Virus record (IMG/VR): IMGVR_UViG_3300032246_001270
Reading direction: 5' to 3' (one strand)
DNA length: 64,000 nucleotides
Source of the DNA: a virus
Part shown: positions 9,332 to 18,345 of the stretch, in pieces
Layout: every line of letters begins with the position of its first letter
How positions within the stretch are numbered: position 1 is the first letter of the stretch
Notes under the pieces: generated by a model
What the model saw: only the letters and a program-made list of their open reading frames with translations
What the model was told of the DNA's origin: nothing
Database searches by the model: none
Program-made: the position numbers and the translations under genes

Positions 9332-11893
9332 TTAATCGTTAAATGCTTCTGCATCAGTTACCCATACTCCACCTGTCCAAATTACTTTGGTTGCGTTTTT
9401 CCAATTCCAATTAGTTCCATCGTATTTTGCAAATGGTCGTATTCCATAATAACTTCCACTATGGTTTTCTAATCCCCAATCAAGACCACTAACAACTAAT
9501 TTATTTGTCCATATATTAATATCGTAAGGAAATATTGAATGAGAGCCATCTGATTTTGCTACAAATGTAAGTTCTTGTCCTTCATAATCCCCATCAGGTA
9601 AATCGTAACTATAAGGAGTAGTTGCTCCAGTTATATCAATAGTTATAATATTTCTATTATAAAAATTAATAAGTGGACTACCATTACCACCAACACTAGC
9701 ATCCAAACTTTGAGTTGCCGTATTCATCAAATTGCTAAATCCTCTTTCAATTGTTATATTGGATAATGATGAACTGAATACCATTTCACCAAATCCATAA
9801 TCCTGCCCAATCTTAAATAATGTCAAATCAACTGATTCCGATAGAATTAAAAGTCCAAGTCCTCCTTCATTTGCTACTTCAAAATTATTCAATGATGTAT
9901 TACTACCCATCCAAATACTACTTATGTTGGAATTTATACCAATATTAGTATTTTGGAAGTAAGAACTAGTACTAGGAATTGTATAACTTGCAGTAGTATC
10001 AGCAAGAAATGTTTCTTCTTGGGATATATTATATATACTTGAACCTACTCCAGTATTAATATTTTCAAAGTAAGAATAAGAACCTAAATCAATATTATAT
10101 ATATCAGAATCTATTCCAGTATTAATATATTCAAAATATGAATTACCAGCACTTTGGTCTATTGAATAAATTTTAGAATGAATTCCTAAATTAACATATC
10201 GGAAGAATGAATTATTACCAATTAGATTACAAAAAATTGAAGATTCATCACCCATCTCAACATGTTTGAAATATCCGTTTACACCAATACCAATATAATT
10301 AATATAAGAATCAATACCCAATTTAACTCTCTTAAAACAAGCACTAACATCTGCATTTATATATTCTATGTAACTACTATTACCCAATTCAACTTGTCTA
10401 AAATCTGCATAATCATTTAACGCAATTGAAGCGATATAAGAATTAATTCCTAATTTTGAATCTTCTATATGAGACTCTTTGTATAAATTAATATCAGTAA
10501 TATTAGCATTATCTTCTAATATTAACCTCTTCATATAAGAACCATTATACATATAGATATTATTCTCATAATCATCAATGGATGTACCAGTACTTAATGT
10601 AATCTTATATAATGCAGTGTACCCTCCATTCTCATTATCATATGTGTAAATATCCGATATCCTTGCGTTTTTACCTAATGTGATTTTATTAATTATTGTA
10701 TGGTATCCTAAATTCAAACTAACCATATGTCCAGCAAAGTCGGAAGATATATTGTATATTTCAGTTTCCCTTCCCCAATAATGTGCGTTAAATCCACCAT
10801 AATCTGCAAACTTAATTTCAGAAGCATATGCATCATGTGGATAGTTTACAAATGCATCTAAATATGAATTACTAATACTAATATTTTGAGTTCCATAATG
10901 TCCCCAAGGAAAATACTTCATTGTGTTATATCCCCAATAATCTAACATTAATTTTGCATCACATCTTACCTCTACATTATTTGCTCCTTTTCTATAAGAG
11001 ATGTTATCCCATTCAAATTCGTATTCAATTATATCAGCAACTATTGTGTAGCTAATTTCATTGAAAGGAACTTTTGTCCAATCGTCATTGTTTAATGTTA
11101 GTTGTTCAAATGGCCATCCGCCTGTTGTGTATCCCAAACTACCACTTCTATTTTGCCAAACTCTACCACCCCAAATTACACAATCACCTACATTATAAGA
11201 TGCTACTTCATATGGTCCACTAATACCAGCCCAAGCATCCGTATTATCACCAACAATACTCATTGGATAGTTAGCGGGGTTTGTAAAGAAATCAGGAGAA
11301 GGAACTTCTTCATTACCTGGAGCTTCTAAGGTAATACTATTATTACCAATATTAGCTCTTAAATTAGAATATGAAGATGAACCATTTGCATATAAATTAA
11401 CATATTCTTCGTGGTCAAATACTCCAAAAGATGAACTAAACTCAAGACGAGATGTACTATCCCAAACTAAATAATTGGTATCAGGAGGTGCAGTTGGTAC
11501 ATTTGGATTTTCGTAATTAGGAACATAGAATAAACCAATACCTTTTTTAGATAGGGTCTTATCAGTTGCGGCTTGTAAGATAATAGTTGTACCACCATCT
11601 TGAATTTCATTACCATATCCAGTGTAACTAATTGAATTAGCTTCGTAGAATGATGCTGATGCTACTCCAGTTATTTTGTAGAATGTACCTGGCGTTAAAG
11701 ATGAGGATAGAACTAATTGTCCTACTTCTCCTCTTGTTACTTCTATTAGTGATAATCCGCCACCAGTTAAGTTACCTTCAAAATCTTTTGCTTTGATGGA
11801 GTTATCTGATGTATCTATAAACAAATTGAACCCACCTTCTATTGGTAAGTCTAATTCCGCGGCTACTTGCCCTTGTAATTGAATGTATTGCAT
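9332..11893 (-). CDS. Fibre/spike protein with an 11-residue-periodic beta-solenoid
   Basis: Repeats such as FRQVELGNSSY/IEYINADVSAC/FKRVKLGIDSY; C-terminal domain shared with 6549..8990. Confidence 0.6.
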   Translation of the reverse strand: MQYIQLQGQVAAELDLPIEGGFNLFIDTSDNSIKAKDFEGNLTGGGLSLIEVTRGEVGQLVLSSSLTPGTFYKITGVASASFYEANSISYTGYGNEIQDGGTTIILQAATDKTLSKKGIGLFYVPNYENPNVPTAPPDTNYLVWDSTSRLEFSSSFGVFDHEEYVNLYANGSSSYSNLRANIGNNSITLEAPGNEEVPSPDFFTNPANYPMSIVGDNTDAWAGISGPYEVASYNVGDCVIWGGRVWQNRSGSLGYTTGGWPFEQLTLNNDDWTKVPFNEISYTIVADIIEYEFEWDNISYRKGANNVEVRCDAKLMLDYWGYNTMKYFPWGHYGTQNISISNSYLDAFVNYPHDAYASEIKFADYGGFNAHYWGRETEIYNISSDFAGHMVSLNLGYHTIINKITLGKNARISDIYTYDNENGGYTALYKITLSTGTSIDDYENNIYMYNGSYMKRLILEDNANITDINLYKESHIEDSKLGINSYIASIALNDYADFRQVELGNSSYIEYINADVSACFKRVKLGIDSYINYIGIGVNGYFKHVEMGDESSIFCNLIGNNSFFRYVNLGIHSKIYSIDQSAGNSYFEYINTGIDSDIYNIDLGSYSYFENINTGVGSSIYNISQEETFLADTTASYTIPSTSSYFQNTNIGINSNISSIWMGSNTSLNNFEVANEGGLGLLILSESVDLTLFKIGQDYGFGEMVFSSSLSNITIERGFSNLMNTATQSLDASVGGNGSPLINFYNRNIITIDITGATTPYSYDLPDGDYEGQELTFVAKSDGSHSIFPYDINIWTNKLVVSGLDWGLENHSGSYYGIRPFAKYDGTNWNWKNATKVIWTGGVWVTDAEAFND

Positions 11894-11897
11894 ATTT

Positions 11898-14800
11898 TTA
11901 TATTATTGTTCCTGTTCCTTCTATTGATGAATTACCTATTAATATAACTTCTCCACCCACACTTATCTTACCATTGTTTTCAATAACACTATCTTTAAGT
12001 AATAGATTTCCACCTATAAATATTGAACCTTCTTTTTTGAAGTATTTGTTTGGTGCGTATTGAACATCTTCGTTAAGTATGTATGGAAGTGTAAGATGTA
12101 AACTACCACTACCACAACAACTATCATTACTATAAATTCCGATTGCTAACCAGTTATTTGCAGGTACATTGATTTGCCAAGTTCCATTTTCATATGCAGG
12201 CCCACCTAAATCATTAAGTCTATTTGCATTACTTATTTCACCAGTTGGGTCTTCCGAAACTACATCATACATTGGCCAATCATTATCTCCATCATCACTA
12301 AACCATTCGTATCCAATTGACATTGTAGTTGAAGTATCAAAGTATCTCTTTATGAAAAGCCATCCATCACCTTGATTATCGTTTGGACCATCAATTCTAT
12401 ATGTATTGTTTCCAGTTCTAGTCATAGTACCATTACCATTTACATTTACATTTGTCCAATCACCAATACTATTAGGTTCACCACCTTCAATTAGTAAAAA
12501 TCCGTTTTCTAAAATATAATCTCCTGAAAAAGTTAATTGTTCGGTTTTTCGTATTGTATAAGAATCTCTTGTGTTATTCCAATTTGTATTTGCAGGTAAA
12601 TTAAATAATCCACCACCATCTCCTAAATAAGCCGATGCTGTTATTGCTGCCGTATATTTTACAGTGTTTTGTCCACCAGCATTATTCTCAATTGAAAATG
12701 ATGAAGTTTCTTGCGTTTGAGCATCTACGAAAATAATTGAACCATGCGATATGTAAATGTCTTTCCAAGCATTTGTTGCCGAACCTAAACTGAATGATGA
12801 TGTGTAAGTTCCATCTGCGGTAGCCGGTATGATTGAACCACTAACCATCATATTAGCGTAAACATCCAATGAACCACTACGAGTTAAACTAACTAAAGCA
12901 ACATCATTAATATTTTGTGAACTGGAGGGGATTGCATTATTTAAAAGTGTAAAAAATGTAATATCAGATGTTGGGGATGCTACAATAAAATCTCCACTTA
13001 AATCATTATATAAAGATGAATTACTTCCAGATATTATAGGAAGTAATGCGATAACACCTAAATTAGTTCCATCATTAAAAGTGATTGAACCACTTAATAC
13101 TTGGTCACCATAAAAATAGTTTGAACCAGTTGTTGCTAAGTTATTTGCTCCTATTATATTATTAGAAACAATTAAATCTCCATATAAAGAATTTAATGTA
13201 ATATTTTGGGCAGTTAATGTATAAGGTGCATATCCATCCTCAGCTGCATTTAATACATCGTTTGCTATACCAAATGTAGGGTTATGACTTACTCCTATCC
13301 CAAATTTAGCTCCACTTCCACTTCCCACAAATCTAGTAATATATTCAGCCGTAGATGGGTTTGTTCCTTGTATAATTTGTGAACCTATAAAAGTATTTGA
13401 ACCAGTTGTTGCATATGTTGTTGGGACAAATGCCGTTGTTTGTATTGATGAATCTGAGAATGTTAAATTACCATTTAATATTAATGAACCAGTGACATTT
13501 AATGAACCACTTAAATTTGCATTACCATCTACGTTTAATCCAGTGTTTGGTATAGAAAAAGCCCTAATAGCACGAACATAGGTTACAAAAGATTTACTAT
13601 AAAAACTGGATTGTACTCCATTAGTGAACCATTGTACCGTTGCAAATCCTACTTCAAATGGGTACTCCGTAGAACTCCAATAGTAATCATTTGTAAAACC
13701 GCCAATTGCAACTCTATTTAGATATAATTTATTTAATTCAGTATCCGATGGTAGATACCAGTCAAAATATCCACTTGTAGTTTTATTGTTAGTTATGTTT
13801 ACTGCATTGTTCCAATTTAGAGTTGTTGCTTCATCAGCTTCTGCTGCTATTATACCTTTAATTAAAGTTGGGTTATATCCTACATCACCACTTTGTAGAA
13901 TGTATGCTACCTTACCACCTCCAAAAATATCTCCTATTGATAAGGTTGATGGTGCTGATTTAATAGTTACTGAACCACTTAATACTTGGTCACCATAAAA
14001 ATAGTTTGAACCGGTTGTTGCTAAATAAGAAAGGTCTTGCTCATTTGTTGCTTGCGAAATTCTTAAATCAAAAGATGCAGAATCCGTATAATAAGATGAT
14101 GTAAAATTAGTAAATGAACCAGTTGTTACAAAAGAACCACTATCTATTGAAAATCCAGAAGAACCTGATGTACCTGATGAACCGTCACTTCCTGATGAAC
14201 CTGAAGCTCCTGATGTTCCCGCTAAAGCCATTGGACTCCATCTTGAAGGTGTACTACTTGGAATATGATTGTCATGTCCGTTATAAATTGAGATATAAGA
14301 ACTTCCATTATAATAAACAACATCATTTAAATTGTATGATGTACCACTATTATAATCTGCTTGCCAATAGAATGAAGTTCCTGAAGAACCGCTTTCACCT
14401 GATGTTCCAGAACTTCCTGATTCTCCACTTGTTCCATTTGTTCCAGAAGTTCCTGATGTTGCACTTGTGCCAGACGTTCCCGAGGTGCCGCTTGTACCGC
14501 TTGTGCCAGATGACCCACTACTACCAGAAGCACCTCTACCTCCACTACTTCCACTACTTCCCGATGTACCACTACTACCGCTTGTGCCAGAAGTTCCTGA
14601 AGTTGCTGATGTACCACTTGTACCACTACTACCGCTTGTGCTACTGCTTCCAGAAGTTCCCGATGTACCACTACTGCCATCGGAGCCGCTTGTGCCACTA
14701 CTTCCAGAAGTTCCTGATGTACCGCTTGTGCCACGTGTACCACTACTTCCGGAAGGGCCTCTTGCTCCACTTGTACCGCTACTTCCCGAGGTACCGCTTG

Positions 14801-15044
14801 TGCCGCTTGTACCACTTGAGCCGCTTGTACCGCTTGTGCCAGATGTACCTGCCGTTCCAGATGAACCACTTGGGTCACCTCTTTCACCTTTTGGACCTTG
14901 CGGACCTGAAGAAGATATTGTGACAAACGTTTTATCCGTTTCTACTATTACAGTATCCGGCTTTGGTACATTAACTAATACGACTTCTTTACTTGTGTTA
15001 TCAGTTATTGTAATGTGATGATTGCTATCTTGATTACAACTCAT
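11898..15044 (-). CDS. Fibre protein with Ser/Thr collagen-like repeats, a CBM-like motif and an internal Lcl/DUF1566-like C-type-lectin-fold domain
   Basis: Long G-T-S/G-S-S run; DWYLPSDTEL...YYWSSTE...VRAIRAF; three ATTGSN joints. Confidence 0.7.
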   Translation of the reverse strand: MSCNQDSNHHITITDNTSKEVVLVNVPKPDTVIVETDKTFVTISSSGPQGPKGERGDPSGSSGTAGTSGTSGTSGSSGTSGTSGTSGSSGTSGARGPSGSSGTRGTSGTSGTSGSSGTSGSDGSSGTSGTSGSSSTSGSSGTSGTSATSGTSGTSGSSGTSGSSGSSGGRGASGSSGSSGTSGTSGTSGTSGTSATSGTSGTNGTSGESGSSGTSGESGSSGTSFYWQADYNSGTSYNLNDVVYYNGSSYISIYNGHDNHIPSSTPSRWSPMALAGTSGASGSSGSDGSSGTSGSSGFSIDSGSFVTTGSFTNFTSSYYTDSASFDLRISQATNEQDLSYLATTGSNYFYGDQVLSGSVTIKSAPSTLSIGDIFGGGKVAYILQSGDVGYNPTLIKGIIAAEADEATTLNWNNAVNITNNKTTSGYFDWYLPSDTELNKLYLNRVAIGGFTNDYYWSSTEYPFEVGFATVQWFTNGVQSSFYSKSFVTYVRAIRAFSIPNTGLNVDGNANLSGSLNVTGSLILNGNLTFSDSSIQTTAFVPTTYATTGSNTFIGSQIIQGTNPSTAEYITRFVGSGSGAKFGIGVSHNPTFGIANDVLNAAEDGYAPYTLTAQNITLNSLYGDLIVSNNIIGANNLATTGSNYFYGDQVLSGSITFNDGTNLGVIALLPIISGSNSSLYNDLSGDFIVASPTSDITFFTLLNNAIPSSSQNINDVALVSLTRSGSLDVYANMMVSGSIIPATADGTYTSSFSLGSATNAWKDIYISHGSIIFVDAQTQETSSFSIENNAGGQNTVKYTAAITASAYLGDGGGLFNLPANTNWNNTRDSYTIRKTEQLTFSGDYILENGFLLIEGGEPNSIGDWTNVNVNGNGTMTRTGNNTYRIDGPNDNQGDGWLFIKRYFDTSTTMSIGYEWFSDDGDNDWPMYDVVSEDPTGEISNANRLNDLGGPAYENGTWQINVPANNWLAIGIYSNDSCCGSGSLHLTLPYILNEDVQYAPNKYFKKEGSIFIGGNLLLKDSVIENNGKISVGGEVILIGNSSIEGTGTII
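13086..13139. repeat. 54-bp direct repeat, copy A (encodes LATTGSNYFYGDQVLSGS)
   Basis: Matches 13971..14024 with one mismatch. Confidence 0.85.
13971..14024. repeat. 54-bp direct repeat, copy B
   Basis: Matches 13086..13139 with one mismatch. Confidence 0.85.
14150..14910. repeat. Low-complexity 9-bp-period coding repeat (Gly-Thr/Ser-Ser triplets)
   Basis: gtaccgcttgtgcc / ccagaagttcctgatgt units; interrupted by the CBM-like motif at about 14230-14375. Confidence 0.85.
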
Positions 15045-15424
15045 TATCTAGTCACATTTTTTGATAATCTTACTTTACCTTCTAATAATCGTGTAACTTC
15101 TCTACCATTTACCATTTCTAAATCATAATATGCTTCGGTAAAATTTAGTAAAGATGATGAGTATGCTGAGATGTATATTCCGACTGAGCCGCTTGAAAGA
15201 GGAGTTTCACCATTACTACCACTTAGATTTAATCCAGTACCATCCGGTTGTAATGAAGATGAAAGTGAAATATAAACATCACTTGCTTCAATGCCTGGTC
15301 TGATTTGCATTCTAGCCTGATAACCTGTTAAATCAACTGCTGAACCACTATTGTTAGTCCATTGTACATTTAAGTTTGTTGTTGCTCCTTGCTCTATTAT
15401 AAAAGAGTATTTTCCTGCTGCCAT
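15044..15424 (-). CDS. Small virion protein (BppU N-terminal-like fibre-attachment domain)
   Basis: IEQGAT...VDLTGYQARMQIR...YYDLEM...RLLEGKV pattern; translationally coupled to the following fibre gene. Confidence 0.55.
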   Translation of the reverse strand: MAAGKYSFIIEQGATTNLNVQWTNNSGSAVDLTGYQARMQIRPGIEASDVYISLSSSLQPDGTGLNLSGSNGETPLSSGSVGIYISAYSSSLLNFTEAYYDLEMVNGREVTRLLEGKVRLSKNVTR

Positions 15425-15447
15425 AAGTAATTCGGTTTAATACTCTT

Positions 15448-15514
15448 ATAAATATTAAAATGTTGGAAAGGGGTAAAATAAAAAAAGGAGATAGTATTAG
15501 TATCTCCTTTTAGT
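15448..15514. repeat. 67-bp intergenic direct repeat, copy 1 (terminator plus promoter module)
   Basis: ataaatattaaaatgttggaaagg.gtaaaat(a)nggagatagtattagtatctccttttagt; differs from 16831..16896 by 2 substitutions and 1 indel. Confidence 0.9.
15476..15511 (-). terminator. Rho-independent terminator
   Basis: Stem AAAAGGAGATA/TATCTCCTTTT, 7-nt loop, followed by a U-tract on the minus strand, just downstream of alkB. Confidence 0.75.
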
Positions 15515-15521
15515 TTTATTT

Positions 15522-15992
15522 TTATCTAAATACCACAGATATTCTTCTATCAGTAACACGCTCTATTGAATGTTCCCAATCCGTTCTATACTCTCCAGTT
15601 AATAAAAGTGCTGACCTTTGTGGAAATTCAAAGGATATTTTCTCATCTCCTTTTCTTAAATTAAAATTGATTGGCGTTAGGATGCTAAGTATTAATGTAT
15701 CATCATCACCCAAATCAATATGGTAATCTATAAAATCGTTTGGTTTGTAAATGTTAATTGTATAATCTTTGGGTACAAATTTAAGTATGCCTAATTCAGT
15801 AAGTTTATCTGATAAATCTAAAAGATATTGCGGTACTTCTAAAGATATTAAATTATTATCATATTTTGAAATACCATAACGTAATATCTTCCTACTATAT
15901 TTTCTAGTAAGATTTGGTATATTTTGATTTAATTCAATTTCTTCTTCTACCGATATTACATCTCTATATAAGTAATCATCTAAATTAAACAT
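15522..15992 (-). CDS. alkB: AlkB-family 2-oxoglutarate/Fe(II) dioxygenase
   Basis: INIY.P...I.YHID (HxD), SALLLTGEYR..WEHSI (distal His) and RRISVVFR (RxSxxFR). Confidence 0.8.
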   Translation of the reverse strand: MFNLDDYLYRDVISVEEEIELNQNIPNLTRKYSRKILRYGISKYDNNLISLEVPQYLLDLSDKLTELGILKFVPKDYTINIYKPNDFIDYHIDLGDDDTLILSILTPINFNLRKGDEKISFEFPQRSALLLTGEYRTDWEHSIERVTDRRISVVFR

Positions 15993-16812
15993 AATTTATT
16001 ACTGCTCCATCACTATATGCGGTTAATTGTACTATCTCATCATTAACACCCCCACCACCACCATTAGTTTGCATTACAATAGGGAATGTTGCTATCAATC
16101 CGTTTGGTGTATCAATATTAATTGGTCCACTAAGTGCGGCTACTCCTAACAAAGTACAAAGAGGTAAGTATAATGTTATAGGTAAAGTTGCTGCATTAAA
16201 AGCAGAATAAAATGCACTAGCCCCAACCGATGTTACATTTGGTAAATACACATATTGTAATTTAGAATCAGCTGAGAATGCATTATCCGCAATTGTTGTT
16301 GCTCCCAATAATTCAACGATAGTAAGATTATCACAACCTTGGAATGCACCATATCCAACTTCTATAATTGTTCCATTATCTTGAATTTGTAAAAGGTCAT
16401 GTCCAAGTCCATTAGGAGCTTCAATATAACCAATAAATGCATAATTTTTTAATACTATATTAGAACCACCACTTAAATATATTGTATAATTTGCCTCATC
16501 TACACTAATTGATGTATAAGGATTACCGGTTTGTATTAATTTAGTATTCCAATCACTAAGACTATTATAACCATTTGTTAAAAGTAAATCAACCGTTGAA
16601 AACGTTGAAAAAACCAGTGTAAGGTCACCACTTTTTGCAGGTATAGATGTATTACCACCACCACCTATTTGATTTTGTGAATATATTAATCTGTTTTGCA
16701 ATACTTCGTTTATATACATATTATACTGACGAATTTGTTCATTAAGAGAAAGATTTCGTATTACTGGCAATGTTGTATATTCTTGCCAACTTAATTCATT
16801 TACTATAAGCAT
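15985..16812 (-). CDS. BspA-type leucine-rich-repeat protein
   Basis: EVGYGAFQGCDNLTIVEL, TTIADNAFS..SKLQYVYLPNVTSVGASAF repeats. Confidence 0.7.
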   Translation of the reverse strand: MLIVNELSWQEYTTLPVIRNLSLNEQIRQYNMYINEVLQNRLIYSQNQIGGGGNTSIPAKSGDLTLVFSTFSTVDLLLTNGYNSLSDWNTKLIQTGNPYTSISVDEANYTIYLSGGSNIVLKNYAFIGYIEAPNGLGHDLLQIQDNGTIIEVGYGAFQGCDNLTIVELLGATTIADNAFSADSKLQYVYLPNVTSVGASAFYSAFNAATLPITLYLPLCTLLGVAALSGPINIDTPNGLIATFPIVMQTNGGGGGVNDEIVQLTAYSDGAVINYV

Positions 16813-16830
16813 ACAATTATTTGTTTGATA

Positions 16831-16896
16831 ATAAATATTAAAATGTTGGAAAGGAGTAAAATAAAAAAGGAAATAGTATTAGTATCTCCTTTTAGT
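16831..16896. repeat. 66-bp intergenic direct repeat, copy 2 (terminator plus promoter module)
   Basis: Near-identical to 15448..15514; includes the hairpin at about 16863-16893. Confidence 0.9.
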
Positions 16897-16912
16897 GTAT
16901 TATTTAATTTAA

Positions 16913-18004
16913 TTATACAAATGGTGTCTCTGCATCCCAAACAGAACCATTATTAACTAAATGATTAAGTTTAGCTGCATCATACACAGGGTTACTAACT
17001 CCACCGCCCAACATTAATAATTTAGTTGTTGCTGTTGCTGTTAATGGTGCAGTTGGTACTACTAATGAAGAACTTGTGTAGATTGCCGAATTATCCCAAC
17101 GGAAATTTGTTAATTTACCAGCCCACCAGTTTGGAGACATTGCTAGCGGATTATCAACACCAACATTTAAGTCATAGCCAGGGTTGATTGAGTCATTAAT
17201 ATTTCTAGTATCACCAGTCTTAGTAGCTTTCAATGTTCCGTTCATATATAGTTTAGTAGTTGTACCACTTCTACATATTGCAACGTGCATCCAAGCAGTT
17301 CCATTATTATAAGATGCTGGTAATGAACCTCTTAAAGATGAACCATATGGCCATACATAAACGTATCCACCTTCAATTGAAATACCAATTGTTGCACCCG
17401 TATCAAATCCTAATGAGAATACTCTAGGTGCTCCAACTGTTTGTGTGCCATTTTTAATAAAGAATTCAATAGTGAAATCACCAGTACCTGGTAACCAACT
17501 AACTACTTCCGAATTTAATGCTGTGAAGTATTGAGATACCCCATCAAATGTTACTGCTCCAGTACCACCACCAGGAAACTCATCAACAGGCTCACCGGAT
17601 TTAGTAACAAACCCTCTTAAATAATCAATATCCCAAATATTTGTTGTTACAGCTGCTGCTGTATTCAACATATTATTGTGATTAAAATTTGAATTGAACC
17701 AAGCCGTTGTTGCTTGATAAGTAGGAGTTGTTAAATTATATGCAAAATTAGCTTGAGTTTTAGAAGGGTATTTAGCCATACTAGCCGAATTTGCAGATAC
17801 GGCTCCAAATGCTGCTGGGGTTGGCGTTACACTACTTAAAGTAGTTGTTGTTTGATAAGTAAAATTAGATGAACTTATAGGTCCAGTTGCTGCTGAATTA
17901 ACTACAGTTGGTGCAGTTGCTATTGATGATGTCACTTTACCATCCATAATAGCATTAATAGTTACCTCAGATACAGTACCATTATTGTTATAATATAAAG
18001 CCAT
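16913..18004 (-). CDS. LamG/ConA-like domain virion protein
   Basis: GTGDFTIEFFIK, WMHVAICRSGTTTKLYMNG and GKLTNFRW motifs. Confidence 0.7.
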   Translation of the reverse strand: MALYYNNNGTVSEVTINAIMDGKVTSSIATAPTVVNSAATGPISSSNFTYQTTTTLSSVTPTPAAFGAVSANSASMAKYPSKTQANFAYNLTTPTYQATTAWFNSNFNHNNMLNTAAAVTTNIWDIDYLRGFVTKSGEPVDEFPGGGTGAVTFDGVSQYFTALNSEVVSWLPGTGDFTIEFFIKNGTQTVGAPRVFSLGFDTGATIGISIEGGYVYVWPYGSSLRGSLPASYNNGTAWMHVAICRSGTTTKLYMNGTLKATKTGDTRNINDSINPGYDLNVGVDNPLAMSPNWWAGKLTNFRWDNSAIYTSSSLVVPTAPLTATATTKLLMLGGGVSNPVYDAAKLNHLVNNGSVWDAETPFV

Positions 18005-18013
18005 TTTATATTT

Positions 18014-18283
18014 TTATTTAAAATTATTTTTATTAGTTGCTGGATACTTTGCTTCAAATGCTGCATTTGCTGAAATAGCGTTTGAAGATTTTGGATTTTT
18101 CGTTACCGCTGGTTTATAAGTTTGATTACTATATGCAAAATTTGCAGTTACAGTTGGTAAAGGAGCAACATATGTAGTTACACTTTTATTTTTTGTATTA
18201 ATATCAATTGATACTGCTGGAGTTGTTGTTAATCCTTTTGTATCACCCGTATTATTTCGTATATCAGTTAATTTTTTTGCCAT
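18014..18283 (-). CDS. Hypothetical small protein (putative capsid decoration)
   Basis: Shares RNNTGDT with the upstream ORF and ANFAY/AKYP with the downstream ORF. Confidence 0.55.
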   Translation of the reverse strand: MAKKLTDIRNNTGDTKGLTTTPAVSIDINTKNKSVTTYVAPLPTVTANFAYSNQTYKPAVTKNPKSSNAISANAAFEAKYPATNKNNFK

Positions 18284-18345
18284 TGTATTTAAAATTAATT
18301 ATTTTTATTATATTGTCCGTTTTAATATATATTTTGTGAAAGTTA

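Noticed and set aside
13556-13700. Active diversity-generating retroelement
   Set aside because: No reverse transcriptase or template repeat seen in the window, and codons in the putative variable region do not follow the AAY-derived pattern.
14114-15018. Long alternative-frame ORFs (269, 199 and 183 aa) over the collagen tract
   Set aside because: Shadow ORFs produced by the stop-free 9-bp repeat of the real minus-strand fibre gene.
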